64,000 nucleotides of DNA, taken from Deltaproteobacteria bacterium. GTDB lineage: Bacteria; Desulfobacterota; Desulfarculia; Adiutricales; Adiutricaceae. Positions within the stretch are counted from its first letter, which is position 1. Every line of letters starts with the position of its first letter. The stretch spans positions 103-64,102 of the forward strand of contig JAITII010000111.1 of NCBI GenBank assembly GCA_031279515.1. The letters are read 5' to 3'. The position numbers and the translations under genes were made by a program. The notes under the pieces are model-generated. The model did no database searches, was not told where the DNA came from, and was given only the letters and a program-made list of their open reading frames with translations. This document shows, one piece after another, positions 1 to 9,929 of the stretch.

Positions 1-707
1 GAAGTTGCAGCATATTACTACTATATATTCGATATCTTTTTTCATCTGGAATTTTAGAGATTTATTACGTCGTCATCAAATTTGTCTCTCCACCAATATG
101 CGTAGGTGCAAAATTGGTCTTAGATTTAGGTTATAAATGAAAAGCCGATAATTAGAGCTTGCCCCCACATTCGGGAAACAGGAAAAAACCTAAAATACAC
201 TGCTTTTAGGGCAATAGGCTAATAAAGCTTTATTTATACTAATATTCTATAAGTATATTATTTTATTTCTATTTATGTTTATAAAACATATAATCATAGA
301 AATAGCTTATATTGCAACTTGTGCCGCGTTATTCTCTTAGCCACCTCAGGGAGTTGAGAGGCTCTTCCCGCTCCCTTTATTGTAGATGAGCTCTTGGGCA
401 CAGGGCAGCTGAAACTTTCTCTAGGGGCAAAAGGAGGGTTGTCTGAAGTAAGGGGTGCCCTTTCGCGCTAGGTTTTACGCTTGGGCGCTAAACTTGGGCT
501 GGGATCTAAAAAACCCCAAGAGCTTACCGGCCTTTTTAAAGGGACGCTAAAAAGCGCCTATTTAGGTCAAAATAGAAAAGAGCCGCATCAACTTTTGTGG
601 ATTCTAAACAGCCTTATGTGAAGGGACAAAAACGTTTTTAGCATAATAAGACTTTAATTTTAACTCTACCGTGTTGCCAAAAGGGGCTAAAAATGCCACA
701 ATAGACC

Positions 708-1055
708 ATGGGCGAATTTGGTACCACCATACGCAATTTGCGATTGTTAAAGAAACTTAGCCTGCGCAGCTTGGCTTCCAGGGTGGGAGTATCGCCTGCA
801 TATATTCACCTCATAGAACTAGGCAAAGAAAAACCGCCTCGCCCAGAAATCATAGTGGAGATAGCTAAAAGCCTTTCAGCAGACCTGGACCATTTGTTTA
901 GACTAGCTTCCCGTCTGGACCCCGAAATTGTCAACTACTTAAACACTAATCCCCTGATGCTAAGCACTATCCGGTATGCGAAAATTGCTAAACTCTCTCA
1001 ATCAGAGCAGAAGGAAATATACAATTTCGTTGAAAATTTGTCTTTAAAAAAATAG
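708..1055 (+). CDS. XRE/Cro-C1 family helix-turn-helix transcriptional regulator
   Basis: 115-aa ORF with an N-terminal HTH signature (IRNLRLLKKLSLRSLASRVGVSPAYIHLIELGK). It ends in TAG, followed by ATA GAC TAA. Confidence 0.8.
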   Translation: MGEFGTTIRNLRLLKKLSLRSLASRVGVSPAYIHLIELGKEKPPRPEIIVEIAKSLSADLDHLFRLASRLDPEIVNYLNTNPLMLSTIRYAKIAKLSQSEQKEIYNFVENLSLKK

Positions 1056-1094
1056 ATAGACTAATTTCTTTGCCCTAAGCCTATAAAGATACCC

Positions 1095-2549
1095 CTATTT
1101 TTTCCAGACCATTCTTAACAAGGGAAAGGGTCTTCCCTGGTTGTCCTTTTCGCTTCTCGACACCACACTAAAACCCCTTTTAACATAAAATTCCCTTGCC
1201 TTGTCGTTATCTTCGTTCACATCCAGGGACAAAGCGTCGTAGCTAATCTTGGCAAAATTCAAAAATTCATTCCCCAATCCCAGCCCATGAAAGCTAGGAT
1301 CCACAAAAAGGGAATAAACATGGCCTTGATTCTGGGCGGCCTTAGATTCTGGGGCCAGGATTGTAAATCCCAAGAGTTCTCCAAAATCCCCCTCCGCTAC
1401 AAAAAGACCTACGACACTGGAAATGGTCTGACTGACGGTCTGGCGAATGTCTATTATGTCATTTTCGCTCAAAAAATGATGGCTACTGCGAACTGCCACC
1501 TCCCAGATCTCTATTACCCTCGTAATATCATCTGAAGTTCCCCTGCGGAAAAGTATATTTTCGCTCACCTGCCCACTTTCACTGGGGCGCAAGGGCACTA
1601 GCCCAGCAAGTTTATCTGCCAGTTCTCTAGCGTCAGAAGGCCAAAATACCTCAGGTCTGGGATGCAAAACACCTTGTTTGCCTTCCTGGGGACGGCAGTT
1701 TAAAACCGCTTCTGTCCACTGTGAAGGAAGCGCCTCTTCACCGAATAAGGCGCCCAATAGGGCTCCGCAGATGGCCCCATTGGTGTCGGTATCTCCTCCC
1801 CGGCTCACAGTTTCGACAATCGCCTCTTCCAAACTTTGGGCATGGAGGAGCTGATAGAGGGCATTTTGAAAAGCTAGAAGGACCCAGCCACTTTGCTTGG
1901 TAAAATCAGCTGGGGGACTTTTTACCGAAAGTTCAATCCGCTCTAAAATAGAGTGGTCCATTCGATTCTCTTCGCTAAGCTTATAGAGATAGCTATGGAG
2001 TTCACTGGGCGTGCGCTCTCCTGAAATTGCATTGGCTATTGCAAAGGCATAGAGCTTATTGACCTCTTTGGTAACCCTGTTGGGATGTGTCAAGGCCGCA
2101 TCCATTGCCGCCCATTTAAGGGTTAGATACATAGGAAGCCTGGAGCAAAAAATACCTAATGGGCTTATGCGCATCATGGCACCGTTGGCCTGGCTATCTG
2201 GCATATAGTTGCCAGAAAGGCTAGCCCTTATTGTATTCCCACAATCAAAGGGGTTGCTAGATAACCAATATTTATAGGCAGCTAAAGCAGCATTTTGATC
2301 ATAGCTCCCCTTGTCCACAAGTAATCTGGCAAGAAGGAGCGCCAATTCTGAATCATCTGTGATCTGACCTGCCTTAGTTTGCCATACCCCTCCATCTTTC
2401 ATGAGGCGCACCCCTTGGGGATACTTTTCCAAGATCTGAGCAGGGCTTTTAAATTCCACTTGACTCCCCAGCGCGTCGCCACAAAGCTGGCCCAACAAGG
2501 CACCTCTTGCCCTAGAAAGTATTTGCGGTCGCGTAAGTGTAAATTTCAT
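1095..2549 (-). CDS. ADP-ribosylglycohydrolase domain fused to a C-terminal GNAT N-acetyltransferase domain
   Basis: 484 aa. The N-terminal ~320 aa carry ARH-family signatures (GALLGQLCGDALGSQVEF near the start; metal-site motif GGDTDTNGAICGALLGALFG). The C-terminal ~150 aa carry a GNAT acetyl-CoA loop (LFVDPSFHGLGLGNEFL). Confidence 0.75.
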   Translation of the reverse strand: MKFTLTRPQILSRARGALLGQLCGDALGSQVEFKSPAQILEKYPQGVRLMKDGGVWQTKAGQITDDSELALLLARLLVDKGSYDQNAALAAYKYWLSSNPFDCGNTIRASLSGNYMPDSQANGAMMRISPLGIFCSRLPMYLTLKWAAMDAALTHPNRVTKEVNKLYAFAIANAISGERTPSELHSYLYKLSEENRMDHSILERIELSVKSPPADFTKQSGWVLLAFQNALYQLLHAQSLEEAIVETVSRGGDTDTNGAICGALLGALFGEEALPSQWTEAVLNCRPQEGKQGVLHPRPEVFWPSDARELADKLAGLVPLRPSESGQVSENILFRRGTSDDITRVIEIWEVAVRSSHHFLSENDIIDIRQTVSQTISSVVGLFVAEGDFGELLGFTILAPESKAAQNQGHVYSLFVDPSFHGLGLGNEFLNFAKISYDALSLDVNEDNDKAREFYVKRGFSVVSRSEKDNQGRPFPLLRMVWKK

Positions 2550-2778
2550 TTATATCTCCATCTTAGCCTATAGCCTGTATTAAAGTGAAATTGCAAAAAA
2601 GTCCTCTAATTATAAGTGGGATATTTTAAGTAATTATTTTAAAGCCTGGGGAGCTTGTGAACAAAAGAAATCTTCAAAGTCGCTTACAAAATTAGAGAAA
2701 ACTTATAGAGCTAATAAAAGATCTTTACTACACACTAATGCGAAAGGACCTTAACTAATTCACCGCTTTTTGTTATTT

Positions 2779-3690
2779 TTATGATTTGTCTCCATAGCCA
2801 AATTCATGGATACTGGACTTCTTCTTACTCCAATCCTTGGTGACCCGCACAAAAAGCTTTAAAAATACTGGCCCTTCAATCATCTTTTCCAGGGCTAATC
2901 TGGCACGCGTACCAATTTCCTTCAACATAAGACCTCTGTTGCCTATCATTATCCCTTTCTGGTTTTCCTTTTCTACGTGGATAGTGGCGGCTATATAAGT
3001 CTGGAGGCCAGAGTCACTTTTAGCCGGTTCTCGGTACTCATCTATTGTCACTGCAGTGGAATACGGTAGTTCATTTCTTAGGAGCCTAAAGACCGCCTCA
3101 CGCACAAATTCTGCCGCTATGAGGCGCATAGGCTGATCCGTAAAGACATCCTCTGGGAAAAAGGGGCCGGATTCAGGCAAAAGTTCCACCAGTGAGCTTT
3201 TAAGCCTGTCCATGTCCTTTCCCGTCTTGGCTGATACCTGGAATACCGGGCAGTCCTTTATCTCTTCTGCAACTTTGGTAGCTATCTCGTCTAAGGCAGT
3301 CTTTTCCACAAGATCCGCCTTGCTAATGGCGATTAGTAATTTTTCCTTCTGAGTTTTTAATATTAGCTCCCGTACTGCCTCATGGTCGCGCCCCTGCTTA
3401 CGACCGTCCACCAGCCATAGTACTACGTCGGCATCCGTCAAGGCCGAAAGGGTCCTGGACATCATCTCTTTATTTAATAGCCTTTCAGAGACGTGATAGC
3501 CAGGGGTATCCCAAAATATCACTTGAAAATTTTCCTCTGTAATTATCCCTAAGATCTTATGGCGCGTGGTCTGGGGTTTGGCGGCTACAATGGCCAGCTT
3601 TTCCTTGAGGAAATAATTTAATAAGGTGGATTTGCCAGCATTGGGGGCGCCTATGATGGCTACGAAACCGGCTTTGTGGGGTCTTTCCAA
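2779..3690 (-). CDS. era: GTPase Era
   Basis: 303 aa with P-loop GAPNAGKST, DTPG, an SKAD-type G4 motif and a C-terminal KH-like domain. It sits in the conserved rnc-era neighbourhood. Confidence 0.95.
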   Translation of the reverse strand: MERPHKAGFVAIIGAPNAGKSTLLNYFLKEKLAIVAAKPQTTRHKILGIITEENFQVIFWDTPGYHVSERLLNKEMMSRTLSALTDADVVLWLVDGRKQGRDHEAVRELILKTQKEKLLIAISKADLVEKTALDEIATKVAEEIKDCPVFQVSAKTGKDMDRLKSSLVELLPESGPFFPEDVFTDQPMRLIAAEFVREAVFRLLRNELPYSTAVTIDEYREPAKSDSGLQTYIAATIHVEKENQKGIMIGNRGLMLKEIGTRARLALEKMIEGPVFLKLFVRVTKDWSKKKSSIHEFGYGDKS

Positions 3691-3718
3691 GGTCTAATCC
3701 TCATAGGTAAGGGGGATT

Positions 3719-4456
3719 TTAAACACAGTGGCATGAGGTATCAGCGTTTGGGTCTTCTTCATTGTTTAGTTCTTCCAAGAGGGCTTTGGCAGCCAACTGG
3801 GCCGCCTCTTTTTTGGAGTGCGCCATAGCGGTCCTGGGCGGAAGGTTTCCTATCTGAGCGCTCATGAAAAAGGTGGGATGATGAGCCGGCCCCACAGTGT
3901 TGGCCAGGGAATAGATAGGAAGGCCCATGCCATGCCTTTGGGTGTATTCCTGGAGTGCTGTCTTATAGTCCGTGATGTCGGGTTCGCCTGAAGCACAGCA
4001 ACCAAAAAAAGGGCTCCAGAGCTTCATGATAATTTTACGGGTTTCTTTGGGACCCCCGTCTAAAAAGACGGCTCCCAAGAGGGCTTCTAGGGCATCCGCC
4101 AAAAGGGAATTCTTTTCACGGCCCCCGGAATTATCCTCTGGCTGGGAGATCATTAAGTATTTGCCTAATTTGATACTGCGGGCAACCTCAGCTAAGCGGT
4201 TCTCGCGGACAAAACAGGACCTTACCCTACTCATTATGCCCTCAGGAAGCTTGGGACGCACATGGAAGAGATAGTCGCTGATAAAGAGATCCAAGACTGC
4301 ATCACCCAAAAATTCAAGGCGTTGGTTGTCCTGCTCTTCCTCAGTGCAAAGAGCTAAGTCCTGGGCCCTGGACTTATGGGTCAGGGCTGCTGTGAGCAAG
4401 GCCTCGTTTTGGAAAGTGTAATCTATGGGAGGAAAATACTTAGACATAGATAACAT
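3719..4456 (-). CDS. rnc: Ribonuclease III
   Basis: 245 aa with the RNase III signature QRLEFLGDAVLDL and a C-terminal dsRNA-binding domain (KTALQEYTQ...AAQLAAKALLEEL). Its ATG overlaps the mpl stop by 1 nt. Confidence 0.93.
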   Translation of the reverse strand: MLSMSKYFPPIDYTFQNEALLTAALTHKSRAQDLALCTEEEQDNQRLEFLGDAVLDLFISDYLFHVRPKLPEGIMSRVRSCFVRENRLAEVARSIKLGKYLMISQPEDNSGGREKNSLLADALEALLGAVFLDGGPKETRKIIMKLWSPFFGCCASGEPDITDYKTALQEYTQRHGMGLPIYSLANTVGPAHHPTFFMSAQIGNLPPRTAMAHSKKEAAQLAAKALLEELNNEEDPNADTSCHCV

Positions 4457-5949
4457 TATACCCCATAATTATGAGCCTTGTCTCTTGATTGAAGCCCATT
4501 TAAGAGGATGGACACCAGCTTGCCAAAGTCCCCATTGGACATCACAACTATCAGATCCCCAGGGCGGAGATCCTCTAAAATGTCCTCGGCAATCTGGCTG
4601 GCCTCAGGATAGATCCGAGCTTTTTCTTGACCTATATCAATTTTTAGCCTTTCTAAATCCAGGCGGTCGCCCTCCGGGGCCTTTTGAGGCTGATTGACTT
4701 GAGCTAAATACACCCTATCGGCACTTTGAAAACTTATAGCATATTCCTTCTGAAAAATGGCCCGCCTTGTCGTATTGCTTCTGGGCTCAAAGGCTACAAT
4801 TAGCCTTCTAGCTGGAAAGGCCTCCCTAATGGCCATAAGGGTCTTTAAAACTGCCGTGGGGTGGTGGGCAAAGTCATCTATCAAGGTGACCCCATCCTGG
4901 TCATAGATGATTTCCTGGCGCCTTTTTACCCCCGTAAAGCTTAAAAAGCTCCCTTTAAGCTCTCTTGTGCTTCCACCAAAATACTTATAGGCTGCCACAG
5001 CAGCTAAAGCTCCCAAGGCATTGTAACGGCCCATTCTCTTCCAGGTGAGCTCCAAAGAGAAGCCTTGGGGCCCTTCTATGGAGAAACTAGAAGAAAAGCC
5101 CATAGTCCTAAAGTCTGACATCCTCCAGTCACAATCTCCGGTCTCTCCATAGTAAAGGACAGGACACTTAGCTAGACGGGCTACTTTCCGCACCAGGGGA
5201 TCCATTCCATTGGCGAGCAAAAGCCCATCCGGTGGAAGTAGCAAAATAAGGCTCTCATAGGCGGATACGACGCTCTCTAAATCTGGATAGATATCTGCGT
5301 GGTCGAACTCCACAGAGGTCAAAATTACTACGCTGGGCCGGTAGAAGACAAACTTGGGGACTTTGAGGAAAAAAGCGCTGTCATACTCATCTCCTTCTAT
5401 GATAAAGACCTCCCCTCCCCCTTTCCTAAAGGGGCGCTGGAAATTAAGGGAGGCCCCACCAATCAAGAATCCCGGATCTAGGCCCCCTTGGGTAAAGATA
5501 TGGGCGCACAGGTCTGTGATGCTGCTCTTACCATGGCAGCCTGCCACCACTAAGTTATTCGTCTGTGCAAGAAACAATTGCTCCATAGCCTGGGGAAAAG
5601 AAAGGTAATTTATTGCCCTGTCCAAAAGGGTCTGGACCACAGGAAATTTACGCGTGACAACATTTCCCACCACCACTAGAGAAATGTTTTCTCCCAGGCT
5701 CTCTGGGCCGTAGCCTTTAGAGACTGGGACCAAAAGGTCCTCCACCAGTTCCTTCATAGGTGAGTAGATGTTCTCATCGGAGCCTGTGACCCTTAAGCCC
5801 TGGGAAACTAAGAGCCCGGCCAAGGATGCCATAGCCACCCCTCCTATGCCCAAAAGATGGATAGTGCCTCCCTTAAGATCAGAAGGAAGGACGTTTAAGG
5901 TTTTATCCAGTTCTATTTGAGACATGCTCTCTCCAAATGGGGCTTTCAC
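4456..5949 (-). CDS. mpl: UDP-N-acetylmuramate:L-alanyl-gamma-D-glutamyl-meso-diaminopimelate ligase (Mur ligase family, Mpl-type)
   Basis: 497 aa with an N-terminal HLLGIGGVAMASLAGLL motif, P-loop AGCHGKSS and the Mpl/MurC-type motif EGDEYDSAFF. The true start may be the internal Met at 5925. Confidence 0.85.
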   Translation of the reverse strand: MKAPFGESMSQIELDKTLNVLPSDLKGGTIHLLGIGGVAMASLAGLLVSQGLRVTGSDENIYSPMKELVEDLLVPVSKGYGPESLGENISLVVVGNVVTRKFPVVQTLLDRAINYLSFPQAMEQLFLAQTNNLVVAGCHGKSSITDLCAHIFTQGGLDPGFLIGGASLNFQRPFRKGGGEVFIIEGDEYDSAFFLKVPKFVFYRPSVVILTSVEFDHADIYPDLESVVSAYESLILLLPPDGLLLANGMDPLVRKVARLAKCPVLYYGETGDCDWRMSDFRTMGFSSSFSIEGPQGFSLELTWKRMGRYNALGALAAVAAYKYFGGSTRELKGSFLSFTGVKRRQEIIYDQDGVTLIDDFAHHPTAVLKTLMAIREAFPARRLIVAFEPRSNTTRRAIFQKEYAISFQSADRVYLAQVNQPQKAPEGDRLDLERLKIDIGQEKARIYPEASQIAEDILEDLRPGDLIVVMSNGDFGKLVSILLNGLQSRDKAHNYGV

Positions 5950-6081
5950 TAGGAAAAGTGCCTAGGCTAGGCTAGCGAGAAAATAAACTTTTTTGTGGCC
6001 AAATGACAAAATATAACTTGTAGCTTGATCTATATATATTTTTAAAAGCCTTTACAATCCCTTTATGATCATAGTCCTTTA

Positions 6082-6726
6082 TCAAAAATAGGCATTTTTG
6101 TCAAGAATAGATTCTTTTTTGAGGATAGTGCTGAAATATGATTTGAAAAATGCTTGATAATTTGTTTCTTGCCCAATTTTTTCATTAAATTCGCTTATCC
6201 GTGGAGAGTCAAGCACTGCCTTGGGGTAAAGAACATTAGCATAGGATGCCCGATACCACTCTTTGGCATAGCAGTATGCTTGGTTATGGTTTATTACCTT
6301 GAAAGCTACCAATGCTTTCATTGTATCGGCGCTTTCTGGGCAGACGCTTTCCATGACCTTGTCAAGGCCTATTTGCTTGGATAATTGTTCAATCATCCAT
6401 ACATCGCCAAAGTGAAGCGAGACATCTGCTGGTATTTTTACTCGCTGTTCGATATAGGGGTCGTCGACAATCTCATAACCCTTTTCGAGAGAGAAGGTGA
6501 AATAGCCACCTCGCTTTTTACTGTGGAAAAGGCCTTCGGTTTCACTTATGACTTTGCCAAGATACAACTTATTATGGCAAATCTTGCCATCTTTGACAAA
6601 GGTATTTTTGACATATACCCCATACCTTCCACTGCTGGAATTCACAAACTCGAGGCGGCCCTGAAGAGGCGTGCGTTCCTGGATAAAATCCTTGTTCATA
6701 TCTGGTTTAGTGGCGTAGTTGTTCAT
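6082..6726 (-). pseudogene. Truncated N-terminal fragment of an IS1634-like (IS4-superfamily) transposase
   Basis: 214 aa. It shares the N-terminal architecture of the 36075-37799 transposase (GRYGVYVKNTFVKDGKICHNKLYLGKV versus RQYYGIYGAKPTRVKDTVNNEQNYLGKV; HFGDVWMIEQLSKQIGLDKV versus DFGHIYLLDYLSESLGLTKI). It stops before any DDE catalytic region and lies in an AT-rich island. Confidence 0.55.
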
Positions 6727-7088
6727 ATTCTCCCTAATTTGTTATTGACATATAGTTATATGGCTAAATTAAAGGAAAAAATATTAGTTGTCAAATGATT
6801 CCAAACCCTACTACAGAAAAAAACTCCAAAACAATGAAAATATTCAAATGTCTAGCCTATTTTATACAAAATATAATAAATTTAAAAACAATCTACTACA
6901 CCCATGGACCTTTTAGAGAAATAAAATAATTTAATATCAGGCAAAAGTACAGTTTTTAAGGTGAAAATGGAAATGGCAATATATCCCACTTTGACTTAAA
7001 GCAATTTTCAAATTATGAGAAAGCTTCTATTGGCATCTATTGGCATCAGAGAGCATGGCAAAAAAATAATATGAAGCTAAAAAAGAGA

Positions 7089-7718
7089 TTAGTCAAATAA
7101 ATCAGGCTCATAAAATATCTTGTAAACTAAAGGACTATAGAAAATAACTTGATTCATTTCCTCAATATTAAACGAAGTAATGTCAAAATCATCTTCGTTA
7201 AGTTGTTTCCGGTAATGCTCGTAAAGTTTCCCTTTTTTCGTTTTAAAAGCTTCCACTACCTTTTTTAAACCAGCAACTCCGCCACAGCCCTTTACGATTC
7301 CATAGCCTTCACCTTCTAGAACTCTTGGTAAATCACGTTTTTTTAAGTTATCGACTGTAAAAATTTTTTTTACAGCTGTCCGGACATGCCAAGGAACACC
7401 TTGATCGTAAAATAAGTCTAATCTATCTCCTGGGTTCTTTATTACATTCCATAGCTTAGTTTCACGAGCATCTAAAGGTACGCCAAAGACAAGCATTGAA
7501 GGGGTAAGGGGTGAAGGTAACTCAAAACACTCATACTCATCTTTTGTGGTAAGCTCAATAGAAAACTTTGGTTTAGCTTCCATACAGAAAAGATACATTA
7601 GCACATAGGAGAATTCAGCTAAGGTATAGTTACTAAATATCTGAAATCTTCGCCATATCTTTGGTTTAAAGTCAGTTAAAAATGCATAAAACTCATAGAC
7701 CCTTCTTCGCCTTCTCAT
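7089..7718 (-). CDS. pRiA4b ORF-3-like family protein (IS-passenger type)
   Basis: 209 aa. The N-terminal motif YEFYAFLTDFKPKIWRRFQIFSNYTLAEFSYVLMYLF matches the family hallmark (..L.dikPpIWRR..vps..tLaeLh.vi). The context is AT-rich. Confidence 0.65.
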   Translation of the reverse strand: MRRRRRVYEFYAFLTDFKPKIWRRFQIFSNYTLAEFSYVLMYLFCMEAKPKFSIELTTKDEYECFELPSPLTPSMLVFGVPLDARETKLWNVIKNPGDRLDLFYDQGVPWHVRTAVKKIFTVDNLKKRDLPRVLEGEGYGIVKGCGGVAGLKKVVEAFKTKKGKLYEHYRKQLNEDDFDITSFNIEEMNQVIFYSPLVYKIFYEPDLFD

Positions 7719-8219
7719 ATCACTTTCTCCAAAATCATTGATGTTTTCATCAATACATTAATGCTCTAATCTTAATGAAACAAGTTCAATATCTAGAAGA
7801 TATTAAACCTTTAACGAAATGTATATTTGAGATTTTGTATAATTGGCCAGGTGGCAAATTTATACATCCCACAAAATTATTATAGAAAGTCCCAAAAAAG
7901 TCCATTCTAGAATTTGGGAGATTGCTACCATTTTTAGAATAAACCTAGTGTCATTTGCAGAAATAGGCGGCAAAAAACGATACCTTGGGAAGGTTTTAGC
8001 TTAAGCCTAAAGTAATAGTCCATTTAAGCTTAACTACCGGTGTAGGCGGAGTTTTATGGAAGAGTTTGGGTCTTTCTATAGCTTATATTTTTTAAGCCCA
8101 GTAAAAGCATAACTTTTTTTGCAAAAAATGTCAAGAAAATATTTTTTTGCATTTTTTCCAACTAATCGCCTCTATCCTTTCCAAAATGTTTCTTGATTTG
8201 ACAGGCCTTTTGGCTCTAA

Positions 8220-9830
8220 TTAGAGCTTACCGAAAAATGCGTCTGCCATGGTGTTTAAGCTTGCCTCGTCGGGGTACTTTCCTCTTACTACGAGCTTATC
8301 TAAGATGAGAACCCTGGGTGCCTTAGCGTCGTAGACTGGCCACAGTGCCCTAGGTTCAACTTCTGGGGGATTGGGAATTCCAGTTTTGATAAAAGAAACC
8401 CATCTTAATTGGATCTCTTTTGACAACTTCTTGGCATGAAAGCCCCACACCAAGCTGAGCTTGGGAAGGGTATTAAAAATAAAGGGAAGCTCAGCAGCGT
8501 GGTGGGGACCTAGCCCCAACATCCTAGCTGGGATGGAAGAATAGTTGAAATTGTAAACATACGTATTTTGGTATTTACTATAAAGGTCTGCGAGCCTTTT
8601 AGTGCCAGCTGTAAAAACTGCGTAAGCTATGGCCTTGCGGGTGCGCTCATAGGGCTTAAGGCCGCTAAGCCCAGAAAGCTCCAAAAAGAACTTTAAGGCC
8701 TTACTGCCCAAAAAAGTTATCTCAGAGCTTTCCAGTTCCCTAATATCGGCCTTCTCTGGGATGAAAATGCTTCCTTCGTCCCCATTGGTCCCTAAGAGTA
8801 GTGGAACCTGGTTAAACTCGCCTTGGGCCATTTTTTCTAAGGGATTAAAGGGTATGACGTAACCATCGGCAACTGGAAACATGGCAAAGGGGGACAATTT
8901 GGTAAAGTTCATATTGAGGGCAGAGAGCTTTGCCAAAGTGCCTGCCGGGACCTTCTGCAGTGCTAAAAACCCCTCTTCATTGTCTTCCAGGCCCATCAAG
9001 CTCAGCATGATATTTCCCACCTTGATGCCCTTAGTTAGGTCCCCCCTGGCCACTGGGACCTGCGGAAAGGAAAAGATAGTGCCACTTTGCAAAATTGCCC
9101 GCTGAAATAAGCCTTTGGCCAAAGGCGATACGATAAGAGCAGAGACGCTCATACTGCCGGCTGACTCTCCTCCCACAGTTATCTCTGTGGGATCTCCGCC
9201 AAAGGCTTCGATATTGTTTTTTACCCACTCTATGGCCTTTAGCTGGTCCAAAAGGCCCCAGTTGCCGGTGGTCCCGTGTCTTTTGAGGGTCTCATTGGAG
9301 GCCAGAAATCCCAAGGCACCCAAGCGATAGTTACAAGTCACCACCACAATGCCCTGGCCAGCTAAAAAAGAGCCGTCATAGAGGCTCTTTAGCTTTTTCC
9401 CAAAAGAAAAGCGGCCAAACATGGGCTGGCCGGAAGATCCTATAGCAAATCCGCCCCCGTGGATAAAGATAAAGACTGGGAGCCTAGCTTCCGCATTTCC
9501 TGCTTCTTTAGTCCAGATATTAAGGCTCAAGCAGTCCTCGGAAAGGGTATAAGAGCGGGCTGGGGGGGCTAAGAAATCACTGGAGTCAAAGTACTGGTGG
9601 GCAATGGGTCCATAGTTAAAAGCCTTTAAGGGTGCTGTCCAGGGAGCAATGTCCTGGGGAGGGGCAAAGCGCAACTCGCCAATGGGAGCCCGGGCAAATG
9701 GTATTCCTTTAAAAGACGAAATCCCCTTATAAGTTTCCCCCACTATGGGGCCGGATTTAGATTTTACCTGGATCTCTTCCATGCTCTCACCTAAAGTGCC
9801 CAGCTTATTTTGTCTTATTACCCCTGGCAA
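8220..9830 (-). CDS. Type-B carboxylesterase/lipase (para-nitrobenzyl-esterase-like)
   Basis: 536 aa with motifs EDCLSLNIW and IHGGGF (oxyanion hole) and the nucleophile elbow GGESAGS. An alternative start at 9782 (MEEIQVK) is preceded by GGTGAG. Confidence 0.85.
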   Translation of the reverse strand: MPGVIRQNKLGTLGESMEEIQVKSKSGPIVGETYKGISSFKGIPFARAPIGELRFAPPQDIAPWTAPLKAFNYGPIAHQYFDSSDFLAPPARSYTLSEDCLSLNIWTKEAGNAEARLPVFIFIHGGGFAIGSSGQPMFGRFSFGKKLKSLYDGSFLAGQGIVVVTCNYRLGALGFLASNETLKRHGTTGNWGLLDQLKAIEWVKNNIEAFGGDPTEITVGGESAGSMSVSALIVSPLAKGLFQRAILQSGTIFSFPQVPVARGDLTKGIKVGNIMLSLMGLEDNEEGFLALQKVPAGTLAKLSALNMNFTKLSPFAMFPVADGYVIPFNPLEKMAQGEFNQVPLLLGTNGDEGSIFIPEKADIRELESSEITFLGSKALKFFLELSGLSGLKPYERTRKAIAYAVFTAGTKRLADLYSKYQNTYVYNFNYSSIPARMLGLGPHHAAELPFIFNTLPKLSLVWGFHAKKLSKEIQLRWVSFIKTGIPNPPEVEPRALWPVYDAKAPRVLILDKLVVRGKYPDEASLNTMADAFFGKL

Positions 9831-9929
9831 AAAGCTCTTACATTAAATAGGCCCAAAAACTTGCAAGATCATATACATAGCTTAAATACTAGCATTTTTT
9901 CCTAGAAAAACCGAATTTGCCTAGAGAGA

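Noticed and set aside
1-45. A possible minus-strand gene start (ATG at 45, MKKDIEYIVVICCNF...) running off the left edge.
   Set aside because: Only 15 codons are visible, so it cannot be supported or identified.
300-700. The mid-GC ORF-free stretch upstream of the XRE gene as a structured ncRNA or repeat element. It shows weak similarity to 48390-48450 (shared CTTGGG..CTGG..AGAGCTT..CCGGC pieces).
   Set aside because: The similarity is patchy and needs gaps. It matches no known RNA family signature (RNase P, tmRNA, SRP, riboswitch cores) that I can recognise. I mention it only as context under the ARH-GNAT finding.
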